NCBI GenBank assembly: GCA_963811555.1
Contig: CAWESG010000016.1
Location: forward strand, 9,743 to 73,742
DNA: 64,000 bases
Direction of reading: 5' to 3'
Origin: an uncultured Alphaproteobacteria bacterium
GTDB taxonomy: Bacteria; Pseudomonadota; Alphaproteobacteria; Rhizobiales; Beijerinckiaceae
The translations under genes and the position numbers were made by a program. The notes under the pieces are model-generated. The model saw only the letters and a list, made by a program, of their open reading frames with translations. It was not told the DNA's origin and did no database searches. Of this stretch, positions 1 to 18,669 are shown in pieces. Numbering within the stretch: position 1 is the first letter of the stretch; every line of letters begins with the position of its first letter.

Positions 1-381
1 GCCGTCATTGTAAGGAACCGGCGCTTCGCCTCTTTCAAGCGCGCGCGAAGCGATCGGCGAATGCTGCGCACGAAAACCCTCGTCGACAGAAGCGGCCGAT
101 TTGCGCCGCATATAGGCGCGACCCTCGTCCGTCAGCTGGAGACGCCTTGTCGCCTCGGCGCCCTCCCACCGCACGAACCCCTGCGCGACCGCATAGCTGA
201 CCGCACGCGCGGAAACACTCGCGCGAACAACTGTGACTCCATTGCGCGGCGCGAGCACGACGATCATCCCCTCCTCGACGCCGCTGCTTGCGCTGCGCGC
301 GCCCGGCTCGCCGAGAGATTGCAGCAAACGCCGCACCGCGCCGCTAATCAGCGCGTCAGTTTCCTTATTTCGCTTACTCAT
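1..381 (-). CDS. DUF6456-family protein (GafZ/GafA C-terminal-like), runs off the window edge
   Basis: Hand translation from ATG at 381: MSKRNKETDALISGAVRRLLQ...LTDEGRAYMRR...FRAQH...VPYNDG, open to position 1; resembles the DUF6456 N-terminal half (normally continuing N-D-x-E-S-P-L); start overlaps the end of the upstream HTH gene. Confidence 0.7.
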   Translation of the reverse strand, partial: MSKRNKETDALISGAVRRLLQSLGEPGARSASSGVEEGMIVVLAPRNGVTVVRASVSARAVSYAVAQGFVRWEGAEATRRLQLTDEGRAYMRRKSAASVDEGFRAQHSPIASRALERGEAPVPYNDG

Positions 382-781
382 GATCACTCACCTCCGTATT
401 GAAATCGAATGAATCGATAAATGTCGAAAGCATTTGCGCCTGTTCGCGCAGCGCGCATTCGAGACGCGACAAGCTGTCGTCGAACCGCGGTTCGTCTCGC
501 GCGTCTTCAATGCGCGCGCAGGCGTGGCGAACGGTGGCGCGATCGCGATGAAACAGACGGGCGCAAGACGAGAGGCTCGCGCCAAAGGCGACATGTTGAA
601 GATAAATCGCGAGATGGCGCGCCCATGCGATGCGCGCGCGTCCACGATTTGCCGTGATGATGTCGGCGGGAGGCGACCCGGACGCAGCAGCGACCGCAGC
701 AAGCGTGAGATTGAAAGTCGCCCAATCGCAAAGCGACGATCGTTCGTCGCCGCGCGGCGCAAAGCGTATCGAAGATGGCAT
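374..781 (-). CDS. DnaA C-terminal-like helix-turn-helix protein (GafY-like)
   Basis: Motif RGRARIAWARHLAIYLQHVAFGASLSSCARLFHRDRATVRHACARIEDARD is typical of DnaA domain IV-like HTH proteins found upstream of DUF6456 genes. Confidence 0.8.
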   Translation of the reverse strand: MPSSIRFAPRGDERSSLCDWATFNLTLAAVAAASGSPPADIITANRGRARIAWARHLAIYLQHVAFGASLSSCARLFHRDRATVRHACARIEDARDEPRFDDSLSRLECALREQAQMLSTFIDSFDFNTEVSDHE

Positions 782-987
782 AGCGTCCCCGCCAAAATTG
801 ATGGGCCTCGCTCACCTTAATATGAATATTATCCTAATCAAGGGAAAAATACTTATCCCCAGGCGGATGCGGCCCACTCATTTTAGGGCTTCCTTGGAGG
901 GCCCATGGCGCATCGTCAAACTGCTGAAAATCTCAGTTCTTCTGAAGACGCTTCCCGGCAATTGGCGGATCGCAATCGAAACCGGAA

Positions 988-1337
988 ATGGAGATCGCCG
1001 CGAAAAGAGCGTTGAATTTCACTTTAGATCGAGGACTACATGCCTATAACCGACAGACTGGCTCTGGCCCGGTTTCATCGGCTTTCCGCGCAAACAATCG
1101 CCGCCGAAACAACAGACGCCGCGCAGGAGATTTTGCGCGAACTCGCTCGCGCCTTGCGCGGCGAGCGCGCCCGCATGGGACATTGGACCTATGATCTCAA
1201 TCGCCACATCGGATTGATGATCGCCTATCGATGCGGAGAAGGCGCGAGCGGATCGCATTTCGGGCGCAATGGATCGCTCATCATCAAGCAAATGCGTCGG
1301 AAAGGAGGCGCGCCCGCAAAAGGGAGCCGCGCCTTGA
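988..1337 (+). CDS. DUF6477-family protein (two apparent +1 frameshifts near 1060 and 1232)
   Basis: ORF 988 (…GLHAYNRQT) joins ORF 1040 (LARALRGERARMGHWTYDLNRHIGLMIAYR) then AEKARADR…stop at 1335-1337; GHWTYDLNRH is the family motif. Confidence 0.65.
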
Positions 1338-1413
1338 CGAGCAAGGGCCCTTCGCTTGAAAATGCCGAATTGATTTGCGAAACGATTTCGCAAGCGACAA
1401 CAGAAAGTTCCTC

Positions 1414-2247
1414 ATGCTGCTGCAACGGGTCTTAACTCTGCTCACGGGCGCCGCGCTCGCCCTGTGCCTGGGTTTGGGCCTCATATTCATGGCCTTCACT
1501 CCACCGAAAAATGTGTCGCAGGGCGAACAACAGGAAGCGTCTCTCGAAGAGACCTCGTCGGCGCCTACGGCCGTCGATCGGGCGCAAGCGCGCAGCGCGA
1601 TCGAGCGCGCAATTTCCGATACGCCGGAATATGCGCGCTTCTTCGAGCGAATGCGCGAGAAGTTTCCCAATGATTACGACGCCGCGCTCACAGGCTTTGC
1701 TGCGCGCATGACTCGGCCGGACCAACCGGACGGCGTCGATCTTTACGTCTCCGAAGCGGTGCGCCAGCTTCGTCAGGCTCGCGGCGTGCTGGCCGCCAAG
1801 GCGGACACGGCGCCGCTCGGACGCGTGTTCGACATGCAGCTTGAAGTTCTGCGCGCGATTTCAAAAGACGATCCGCATCTGTGCGTCGCTTTTCTTTATG
1901 GCGCGACCAATCAGGACTTTCAGCATTTCGCTTCGACGCGGCGCGCCCTCGTGGCCGATATGGCGCTTGCCGGTTTGGAGGCGATCGCGAGCGGGCAGGA
2001 AAAGAAGATCGACCGCGCCTCGCCCACCGACGCTGACTTCAAGGTCCTTGAAACGGCTTTGAGCAAACGCGGATTGGGCAAAGTGGAAATCGACGCGCTG
2101 CTCGACGGTAAAATGCCTGATCCTCCCCTTGAGGATGCGCGCATGTGCGCTGCTGGACAGACCTATCTCGACGTCTTGCGCAGCCTTCCCGAGCCGGTGC
2201 GATTACGTATCTATGGGTTGGCGGTCGAACTCATGGCGCGTTCGTAG
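1414..2247 (+). CDS. hypothetical membrane-anchored periplasmic protein
   Basis: Long ORF; N-terminal hydrophobic anchor VLTLLTGAALALCLGLGLIFMAF followed by a helical domain with two Cys. Confidence 0.7.
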   Translation: MLLQRVLTLLTGAALALCLGLGLIFMAFTPPKNVSQGEQQEASLEETSSAPTAVDRAQARSAIERAISDTPEYARFFERMREKFPNDYDAALTGFAARMTRPDQPDGVDLYVSEAVRQLRQARGVLAAKADTAPLGRVFDMQLEVLRAISKDDPHLCVAFLYGATNQDFQHFASTRRALVADMALAGLEAIASGQEKKIDRASPTDADFKVLETALSKRGLGKVEIDALLDGKMPDPPLEDARMCAAGQTYLDVLRSLPEPVRLRIYGLAVELMARS

Positions 2248-2277
2248 CGCGCGGATGTCAGGTCAAGCGTGGCCTCC

Positions 2278-2613
2278 TCAACCACGCTGATCCTTTGCGC
2301 GATCGATATCCACGGCCTCGCATGAAAAGGGACCGCGCCATCGGCCATAGCGCCAAGGCAAAAACGGGCTGGCGTTTTCCGGGGTGGAATCGGGCGTGGG
2401 ATCATATCCGTCTCCGCCTCCTGGGCGACAACGGCAAATTCGGGCGGCCGCCATCCAACCGCCGGCCCAGAGTCCATGACGTCTGATCGCCTCATCCGCA
2501 TATTCGGAGCAGCTCGGCAGATAACGGCAATACCGGCCGGCGAAGACCGAGAACGTCACACGATAAAGAAAGATGGCTCCGCGCGCCGCGCGCGCCGGAA
2601 GCGTCTGCGCCAT
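2278..2613 (-). CDS. yidD: membrane protein insertion efficiency factor YidD
   Basis: CRYLPSCSEYADEAIRRHG…RICRCRPGGGDGYDP motif. Confidence 0.9.
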   Translation of the reverse strand: MAQTLPARAARGAIFLYRVTFSVFAGRYCRYLPSCSEYADEAIRRHGLWAGGWMAAARICRCRPGGGDGYDPTPDSTPENASPFLPWRYGRWRGPFSCEAVDIDRAKDQRG

Positions 2614-2642
2614 GGCTGCGCTCCTTCGCACCTCTTATAACA

Positions 2643-2668
2643 CAAAGGGCCGCCCACCGGGCGGCCCT
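2643..2668 (-). terminator. intrinsic terminator after rpoC
   Basis: Perfect 9-bp stem GGGCCGCCC/GGGCGGCCC followed by TTTGTGTT on the minus strand. Confidence 0.75.
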
Positions 2669-2689
2669 CGTAATTGAAGCTACGGCGCG

Positions 2690-6968
<4,279 letters not shown>

Positions 6969-6975
6969 GCTTTAA

Positions 6976-11115
<4,140 letters not shown>

Positions 11116-11210
11116 GTCGCCTCTCGCACCTCTTCAGTTGAACCGGCCGTCTCGCCGTAATCGGAGCCTTGCTCCTCCGCATGCGCCGCCGCAGCGCCTA
11201 CGGTTGCTTT

Positions 11211-11248
11211 AAAAAAACCGCACGCGGCCCCGGCAAGCCGGGACCGCG
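11211..11248 (-). terminator. attenuator/terminator-like hairpin between rplL and rpoB
   Basis: CGCGGTCCCGGC-TT-GCCGGGGCCGCG stem followed within 5 nt by T7 on the minus strand. Confidence 0.6.
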
Positions 11249-11284
11249 ATAATCGTCAGGGGCCGACAGCGCGACCCGAGTGCA

Positions 11285-11662
11285 TTACTTAAGCTCGACC
11301 TTGGCGCCGACCTTCTCAAGGGCGGCCTTGATCTTCTCAGCCTCTTCCTTGCCTGCGCCTTCCTTGACGGGCTTGGGAGCGCCCTCGACAAGGTCCTTGG
11401 CTTCCTTGAGGCCAAGGCCCGTGATCGCGCGCACTTCCTTAATGACTTCGATTTTCTTGTCGCCCGCGGCGGCCAGAATCACGTTGAACTCGGTCTTCTC
11501 CTCCACCGGAGCGGCGGCTGCGGCGGCGCCCGGAGCGGCGGCGACAGCCACGGCGGCCGCGGCGGAGACGCCCCACTTCTCTTCAAGAAGCTTGGCGAGT
11601 TCGGAGGCTTCCAGCACAGTCAGGCTGGACAGTTCGTCGACGATCTTTTCGAGATTAGCCAT
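11285..11662 (-). CDS. rplL: 50S ribosomal protein L7/L12
   Basis: [11 protein letters not shown]…EEKTEF…[28 protein letters not shown]. Confidence 0.99.
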   Translation of the reverse strand: MANLEKIVDELSSLTVLEASELAKLLEEKWGVSAAAAVAVAAAPGAAAAAAPVEEKTEFNVILAAAGDKKIEVIKEVRAITGLGLKEAKDLVEGAPKPVKEGAGKEEAEKIKAALEKVGAKVELK

Positions 11663-11713
11663 GTCGTTAGGTCCTTTGAATTTGGTTCGTCTGGATGGAT
11701 GGGCGAGCCTTCG

Positions 11714-12229
11714 TCAGGCCGCGTCTCGTTTGGCGTAGGCCCCAAACACTCGCGCAAGCTTTGCGGCTGGCGCGGTCGAGAGCTGCGCGATCTTGGTCGC
11801 GGGCGCCTGCAAGAGGCCCACGATCTTCGCGCGCAATTCGTCGAGCGACGGCATGGTCGCAAGCGACTTCACGCCATCTGGATTGAGGACAGTTGCGCCC
11901 ATGGCCCCACCGAGGATGACGAATTTCTCGTTTTCCTTGGCGAATGCCACGGCCACTTTGGGCGCCGCCACCGGATCATCCGAATAGGCGATCAGGGTCG
12001 GTCCCTTGAGCAGGGAGCCGATCGAGGCGACGCTTGTGCCATCGAGAGCGATCTTGGCGAGGCGGTTCTTCGCGACTTGAACGCTTGCGCCAGCTTCACG
12101 AGCCCGCTTGCGCAGGTTCTGCATCTGGGCGACCGTCAAGCCGGAGTAATGCGCCACGACGACGACCTCGGTCTTCGCAAAGACCTCATTCAACGCCGAG
12201 ACGGCTTGCTTTTTCTCCGCTCTGTCCAC
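11714..12229 (-). CDS. rplJ: 50S ribosomal protein L10
   Basis: MDRAEK…[10 protein letters not shown]…[11 protein letters not shown]…[16 protein letters not shown]. Confidence 0.99.
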   Translation of the reverse strand: MDRAEKKQAVSALNEVFAKTEVVVVAHYSGLTVAQMQNLRKRAREAGASVQVAKNRLAKIALDGTSVASIGSLLKGPTLIAYSDDPVAAPKVAVAFAKENEKFVILGGAMGATVLNPDGVKSLATMPSLDELRAKIVGLLQAPATKIAQLSTAPAAKLARVFGAYAKRDAA

Positions 12230-12407
12230 GGTGCTCTCTCCTCAAGCGGGGCGGACCCCGCCGGTTGCGACATGCCGCTTCTCCGCCGCAAACGCGTGGA
12301 AAAGCAGCGCCGTAGATCCTGTCCCCTTGGCGAAACGCCTCGGTTTGGAGGGTGCGAACCAATTTCGAAAGACCTGGCGGGCAGCCGCCTGATCTGGCAA
12401 TCTGGTT

Positions 12408-12520
12408 TTCCCCGTCTATGCAGGCCGCCCGGCCGGCTGCGGAGACCGCAACCAAACGAGCCGATTAAGCCGCTAGGGAAGATAAATTCCGTTGCGCGCG
12501 CCGGCAGTCTCGGACAGGAC
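12408..12520 (-). ncRNA. L10 leader (ribosomal protein autoregulatory RNA)
   Basis: Minus-strand GTCCGAGACTGCCGG…CTTAAT…CCTGCATAGACGGGG upstream of rplJ matches the L10-leader pattern I recognise. Confidence 0.75.
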
Positions 12521-12840
12521 ATGGCCGGACGGGACACGAGGAAACCCCCGGGTCCGCCGGCCTATCCACCGCCTTTTCCCTTCCCTTTCAAAGGTCTGGG
12601 TTGGGCGGAAGCTCATATCTGAAAACGGGGTCGCGTCTGCTGGTCAACCCCGAAGAGCCTTATTTAAAGGGCCGACTGGCGTTTGCCAAGAGGAATCTTG
12701 CCTATCGTCTCACGCCTTTCGGCCTTCGCCAAAGGCGAATCGCCGCCGGTGGCCTTGACGCAGCTGGAGCGAAGCGTCGAATTTTAGTAGGCGGACGCGA
12801 GCGCTCAGGCTCGGCTTGCGCTCCCCTAGGAGATCCGATC

Positions 12841-13500
12841 ATGGCGGAACCGGACATGCGCGCGGCGATCGTCCAGGCGGTGCTTGAATTGGAGAGCGCG
12901 GGCCTCAACAAAGGAACAAGCGGCAATATTTCGCTCCGCGAGGGCGGCTCCATGCTGATCACGCCGAGCGGCGCGCCCTCCCGCGACCTGCGGCCGGAAA
13001 TGGTGGCGACCATAAATCTCGCGGATCGCTCCGGCGCTTACGAGGGGCCGCGGCCGCCGTCGAGCGAATGGCGCTTTCATTTCGACATATTGCGCGCGCG
13101 CGACGATGTGAACGCAGTCGTTCACACCCATTCGCCTTATGCAACGACGCTTTCCATTCTGCGTCGCGACATCCCCGCCATTCATTACATGATCGCGGTT
13201 TTCGGCTGCTCAAGAATCCGCTGCACGGATTACGCGCCCTTCGGCACATCGGAGCTATCAGAGCTTGCGGTTGAAGCGCTTGGATCGAGTCACGCCGTCC
13301 TGCTCGGCAACCACGGCGCGATCGTTACGGCGTCCAATATGAAAAAAGCCATTTGGCGCGCCGTCGAACTCGAGAATCTCGCGAAATTGTTTTACCTCGC
13401 GCAGCTCGCGGGAGCGCCCGTCATTCTGCCGGACGAAGAGATCGCGAGGATGATCGAACGGTTCAAGACTTATGGCCTGAACCTCTCTCACGATAGCTAG
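12841..13500 (+). CDS. class II aldolase/adducin family protein (FucA-like; probable 5-methylthioribulose/5-deoxyribulose-1-phosphate aldolase, Ald2-type)
   Basis: GTSGNIS, ITPSG, PSSEWRFH, VHTHS and NHG metal-binding motifs; RBS AGGAG before ATG 12841; adjacent to mtnA. Confidence 0.85.
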   Translation: MAEPDMRAAIVQAVLELESAGLNKGTSGNISLREGGSMLITPSGAPSRDLRPEMVATINLADRSGAYEGPRPPSSEWRFHFDILRARDDVNAVVHTHSPYATTLSILRRDIPAIHYMIAVFGCSRIRCTDYAPFGTSELSELAVEALGSSHAVLLGNHGAIVTASNMKKAIWRAVELENLAKLFYLAQLAGAPVILPDEEIARMIERFKTYGLNLSHDS

Positions 13501-13505
13501 CGGCG

Positions 13506-14606
13506 TCAGGCCGCAGCGGCGAGATCTGGAAATAATTCCCCGATGCCCCTCTCGGTCGCCGCGCAAACGCCGCGCTCCGTGACGAGCGCCGTCACCAGGC
13601 GAGAGGGCGTGACGTCGAAACCGAAGTTCCGTGCGGGCGATCCTTCAGGAACGAGCCGCACCTTCGAAATCGAGCCGTCCGCCGCGAGTCCGCTGATATG
13701 CGTGACTTCGGAAGGATCGCGCTCCTCGATCGGAATGTCCGATACGCCGTCGCTGATCCGCCAATCGATGGTCGAGCTGGGCAAGGCGACATAGAAGGGA
13801 ACGCCATTGTCATGCGCCGCGAGCGCCTTCAGATAAGTGCCGATCTTGTTGCATACGTCGCCGGCGCGCGTGGTGCGGTCGCTGCCGACGATGCAGAGAT
13901 CGACCAGACCATGCTGCATCAAATGGCCGCCGGTGTTGTCCGAGATCACAGTATGAGGGATTCCTTCGCCCGCAAGCTCAAAGGCGGTGAGACTCGCGCC
14001 CTGATTCCGCGGACGCGTTTCATCGACCCAGACATGAACGCCAACGCCTTTCCGGACGGCTTTGTAGATTGGAGAAAGCGCCGTTCCCCAATCGACCGAA
14101 CATAACCAGCCTGCGTTGCAATGGGTCAGTATATTCACCGGGCGATCCGGATTGCGTAAGCTCGCGTCGCGAATAAGCTTCGCGCCATGGTCGCCGATCC
14201 ATTCGCAAGAGCGCACGTCCTCTTCGGCGATTGCAGAGGCTTCCGCAAAGGCGAGTTCGCCCCGCTCCGAAGGTTCCGAGCGCAGGAGACGATCGCGCAT
14301 GCGGTCCAAGGCCCAGCGCAGATTGACGGCCGTGGGCCGCGCATTGACAAGTTCGGCATAGGCCGATGCGATCGATCCTTCGCTCGGATCGTGAGCGGCC
14401 GCGAGCGCAAGACCATAAGCGCCGGTGACGCCGATCAAAGGCGCGCCGCGCACGATCATGTCCTTGATGGCTTTCGCCGCGTCGGACGAGGATTCGAGGA
14501 TCGTCGTCTCAAAGACATGCGGCAATTTGGACTGATCGATGACATGCACCGAACGCCTATTGGCGTCCGGCCAAATCGTTCGATAGGAGCGGCCATTTAT
14601 TTTCAT
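13506..14606 (-). CDS. mtnA: S-methyl-5-thioribose-1-phosphate isomerase
   Basis: [53 protein letters not shown] motifs. Confidence 0.95.
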   Translation of the reverse strand: MKINGRSYRTIWPDANRRSVHVIDQSKLPHVFETTILESSSDAAKAIKDMIVRGAPLIGVTGAYGLALAAAHDPSEGSIASAYAELVNARPTAVNLRWALDRMRDRLLRSEPSERGELAFAEASAIAEEDVRSCEWIGDHGAKLIRDASLRNPDRPVNILTHCNAGWLCSVDWGTALSPIYKAVRKGVGVHVWVDETRPRNQGASLTAFELAGEGIPHTVISDNTGGHLMQHGLVDLCIVGSDRTTRAGDVCNKIGTYLKALAAHDNGVPFYVALPSSTIDWRISDGVSDIPIEERDPSEVTHISGLAADGSISKVRLVPEGSPARNFGFDVTPSRLVTALVTERGVCAATERGIGELFPDLAAAA

Positions 14607-14705
14607 GTGAAATCCCGGTCTCGGTCGAAATTCAATATCGTCAAGAAATGGGTTTTCTCATGCCCGCTTGATCAACGTGAAGAAATTACAGATGGCGCAC
14701 AAGCG

Positions 14706-15002
14706 TTATCGCCCCTGACCGGGCGTGAATTCCATGCGCACTCGCCCTGAGCGCGAGCGTTGCATGACGGCTCCGGACACGTAGGAGCGGTCATGGCGCC
14801 GCGCGCCATGTTTTTCTTCATTTGCCGGACCGTAATAACGACCCCCGTGACCGCCCCTTACGGGGCCGAAGGCGGCGAGGCAGCGGTTATAGGCGTCCGG
14901 CTCCTTGATCGATTCGCAATCGTCGATGCTGCGGGGGGCCGCAAGAGCGACGCTAGCGAACAACAAGGCTGTAACAGACGGAATTGCGCGCAGCATCATC
15001 AT
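14706..15002 (-). CDS. small secreted hypothetical protein
   Basis: Signal peptide (TALLFASVALA), C-x10-C, Gly/His-rich; start overlaps the pheT stop. Confidence 0.65.
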   Translation of the reverse strand: MMMLRAIPSVTALLFASVALAAPRSIDDCESIKEPDAYNRCLAAFGPVRGGHGGRYYGPANEEKHGARRHDRSYVSGAVMQRSRSGRVRMEFTPGQGR

Positions 15003-17423
15003 CCTCTCAACACGGCGCCGGTCTTTTTCGCCGCTTCGTCGACAATCTTCTTCGCCACCGCATCGATCTCGGCGTCGGTCAACGTCTTCTCCCGCGGCTG
15101 AAGCGCGACGGCGACCGCAATCGATTTCTTGCCTTCCGGAACGCCAGCGCCTTCATAGACGTCGAAAACGCTGACGTCTGTGATCATCGCGCGGTCGGCG
15201 CTTTGGACCGCCCGTATGAGATCGCCCGCTTGCGCATCGCGATCGACGATGAAGGCGAAGTCGCGCTCCACGGGCTGGAGATCCGAAAGCTCCAGTTTCG
15301 GCTTCGTCCGGGTCGGCTTTGCCTTCGGCGCCGGCAGCGCATCGAGATAGATTTCGAAGCCCGCGATCGGACCCTCGACGTCGAGTTCGTTCAAGACCCG
15401 CGGATGCAATTCGCCAAAACAGCCGACGATGACCTTGGGTCCGAATTGCAATGTGGCGGATCGACCGGGGTGCATCCAGGCCGGCCCGCCTGCGACGATT
15501 TGAATGCCGCCGGTCGGGACGCCCAATGATTGCAGAAGAGCAAGCACATCGGCCTTGGCGTCGAAGACGCTGACCTTTCGCGCGGGCTCGGACCAATGGC
15601 GCCCAAAGCCTGTCGTCGTCGCGGTCCCCCGCCGGATCGCGCTCGCAGCGGTTTTCTGTCCGGCTTCATTGTCGCTCAAGAAAATCTGACCGACTTCAAA
15701 CAAGGCCGAATCATTGTGGCCACGGGCCGCATTGCGACCGGCGGCGGCGACAAGGCCCGGCAAAAGACTGGGGCGCATGTCCGAGAGATCGGACGCGATC
15801 GGGTTTGCGAGCGCGAGGCTCGCATCGCCGCCGCCAAACGCCTTGGCTTGTTTCGCGTCGATGAAGGACCAGGTGATCGCCTCGACCAGCCCCTGCGCCG
15901 CCAAGGCGCGGCGCGCACCACGAACGCGCCGTTGCAGAAGCGTCAGCACGGGCTCCGTGACGCTCTCGCCGCGCGGGAGCGGGGCGCTCACGATCCTGTC
16001 GAGGCCGATGATCCGCACGATCTCTTCGACGAGATCGGCTTTGCCTTCAATATCCGGACGCCAGCTTGGAACGGCGATGCGCGCTTGCGCATTCGTCGCG
16101 GCGTCGATCTTGAATCCAAGCCGTGTGAGAATATCCGTCGCCTGCTCGCGTGAAACGTCGAGCCCGGTAATGCGCTTCGTCTCGCTCCAGGGAAAATCGA
16201 TGGCGCGCGTCGAATCCGGAACGGCGCCGGCGACGACAAGCTGCGACGCCTCGCCGCCGCACAAGCTCCAAGACAAGTTTCGTCGCGAGTTCGGCGCCGG
16301 GCAGTGCGAAGGCCGGATCGACGCCGCGCTCAAACCGATAGCGCGCGTCCGTCACGATGCCGAGTTTGCGGCCCGTATGCGCGATATTATGCGGGTCCCA
16401 CAGCGCGGATTCGATCAAAACGTCGGTTGTATTTTCATCGCATCCCGAAGCTTCGCCGCCCATGACGCCGGCGATGGATTCGACTCCATTTGCGTCGGCG
16501 ATGACGACCATGTCGCCATCGAGCGCGTAAGTCTTGCCGTCGAGCGCCAGAAGTTCTTCGCCCTGGCGCGCGCGACGCACGACGAGATCGCCGTGAACTT
16601 TTTTCGCGTCAAACACATGCAGCGGACGGGCGCGATCGAAGGTCAGGAAATTGGTGATGTCGACAAGCGCATTGATTGGCCGCAAGCCGATGGAGCGCAG
16701 ACGCTCCTGCAGCCAAGCGGGGCTTGGCCCATTCTTCACGCCGCGAACGAGACGCAGCGCAAAGAGCGGCGCAAGATGTTTGTCGCCCGCCGCGAATTCG
16801 AGCGTCACATTGACAGGGCAAGGAAACTTGCCGTCTACAGCCGCGACGTCGGGCGTTTTGAGCTTTCCGAGCCCCGCCGCTGCGAGATCGCGCGCAATGC
16901 CGGCGACGCCGGCGGCGTCCGGGCGATTGGGCGTGAGGTTGATTTCAATGACCGGATCGTCGAGCCCGGCCCATTGCGCATAGACCGCTCCGACCGGCGC
17001 ATCGTCCGGCAGTTCGAGAATGCCCTCGTGGTCGTTCGAGAGTTCGAGTTCCGCCGCCGAGCACAGCATCCCGAGAGATTCGACGCCGCGGATCACTCCC
17101 TTGCCGAGCGTGATCTTCTTGCCCGGAATATAAGTTCCCGGCGCCGAGAAGACGCTTTTCATGCCGGTGCGCGCATTCGGCGCGCCGCAGACGACCTGCA
17201 CCGGCGCGCCTTTGCCCGTCTCGACCATGCAGACGCGCAAACGATCGGCGTTTGGATGCGGCTTCGCCTCGATCACCTGCGCAATCGTGAAATCCTTCAA
17301 TTGCGCGGCGGGATCATGCACATGCTCGACCTCGAGACCGATGCGCGTCAGCGTCTCGACGATCTCTTTCAGCGACGCATTCGTGTCGAGATGATCTTTG
17401 AGCCAGGAGAGGGTGAGTTTCAT
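14999..17423 (-). CDS. pheT: phenylalanine--tRNA ligase beta subunit (apparent +1 frameshift near 16264)
   Basis: [33 protein letters not shown] then CGGEAS…VPSWRPDI…RDFAF…GAVLRG; span is 3n+1. Confidence 0.97.
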
Positions 17424-17437
17424 TCTTTAAGTCTTTC

Positions 17438-18524
17438 TCACCCGCTCAAACCGCTCGCGAGCGTCGGAACATCGAGCGGCCTGAATCCATAATGCTCCAG
17501 CCAGCGCACGTCGGCCTCGAAGAACGCGCGCAAATCCGACATGCCATATTTCAGCATGGCGAGGCGATCGAGGCCGAGCCCGAACGCGAAGCCCTGATAT
17601 TTGTCCGGATCAAGCCCGCAATTTCTGATCACATTGGGATGCACCATGCCGCAGCCCAAAATTTCCATCCAATCCTCACCCTCTCCAAAGCGCACTTCGT
17701 CAGGCAGACGCCGGCATTGGATGTCGACTTCGGCGGAAGGCTCGGTGAAGGGAAAGAACGAGGGGCGAAGCCGCATATTGACCGACTTCACCTCGAAAAA
17801 CGCCTTCAGGAATTCTTCGAGCGTCCATTTCAAATGTCCCATATGAGTCTGCTCGTCGATGACGAGACCCTCGATCTGATGGAACATCGGCGTATGCGTT
17901 TGATCCGAGTCGCAGCGATAGACGCGGCCGGGAATGATCACCCGGATCGGCGGCGTCTGCGACATCATGGTGCGGACCTGCACGGGGCTCGTATGCGTGC
18001 GCAGCAGCCTGCGCTTGCCGTCGGCGCCCGGCGGAAAGAAAAAGGTGTCGTGCATCTCCCGCGCGGGATGGCCTTCGGGGAAGTTCAGCTTGGTGAAGTT
18101 ATAGTCGTCGCTCTCAATGTCTGGCCCCTCGGCCACCGCAAATCCGAGATCGGCGAAAATGGCGGTGAGCTCATCCATCACTTGCGAAACAGGATGGATG
18201 CGCCCGCGCTCCAATCCGCTCGCCAGCGCCGGCAGCGTGACATCGAGACGCTCCACGGCGAGACGCGCTTCGAGCGCTTTCTCTTCCAGCATCTGCGCGC
18301 CGCGCCGCGATGGCGTCCGACACTTTATCCTTGAGCGCGTTGATCTTGGCGCCTTCCGTCTTTCGTTCCTCTGGCGACATTTTGCCAAGCGTCGAAAGCA
18401 GCGCCGAGATCGACCCTTTTTTGCCGAGCGTCGACAGTCGCACGGCCTCGAGCGCCGCCTGATCGGATGCGGCGTCGATGCGGTTCAGCGTTTCTTGTTC
18501 CAGATGGGCGATGGAGTTGGTCAT
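17438..18524 (-). CDS. pheS: phenylalanine--tRNA ligase alpha subunit (apparent +1 frameshift near 18295)
   Basis: LGKKGSIS N-terminus in ORF 18171..18524; [39 protein letters not shown] in ORF 17438..18388. Confidence 0.97.
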
Positions 18525-18669
18525 TTAAGGCGTCGTTCGTAACCAGCCGCGAAGCGTTTGTTTCGGGCGGGTTCTGCCATGCGGGGCGGGAGATGTCGAG
18601 CCACGAGACGGCTCGAAGCGGGGCTCGACGACCCGCCCGTCCGCATTGACTTGGCTGAGAATGCGCCGA

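Noticed and set aside
12601-12840. N-terminal extension of the aldolase ORF (similar extensions on ubiA, ispH, rnhA and DUF6101)
   Set aside because: Family homology and RBS or stop-start overlaps support the downstream starts
14999-18524. pheS/pheT (also waaA, lpxK, rpoC) as pseudogenes or programmed frameshifts
   Set aside because: Essential genes, no slippery heptamers noticed, and a uniform +1 insertion pattern across the window
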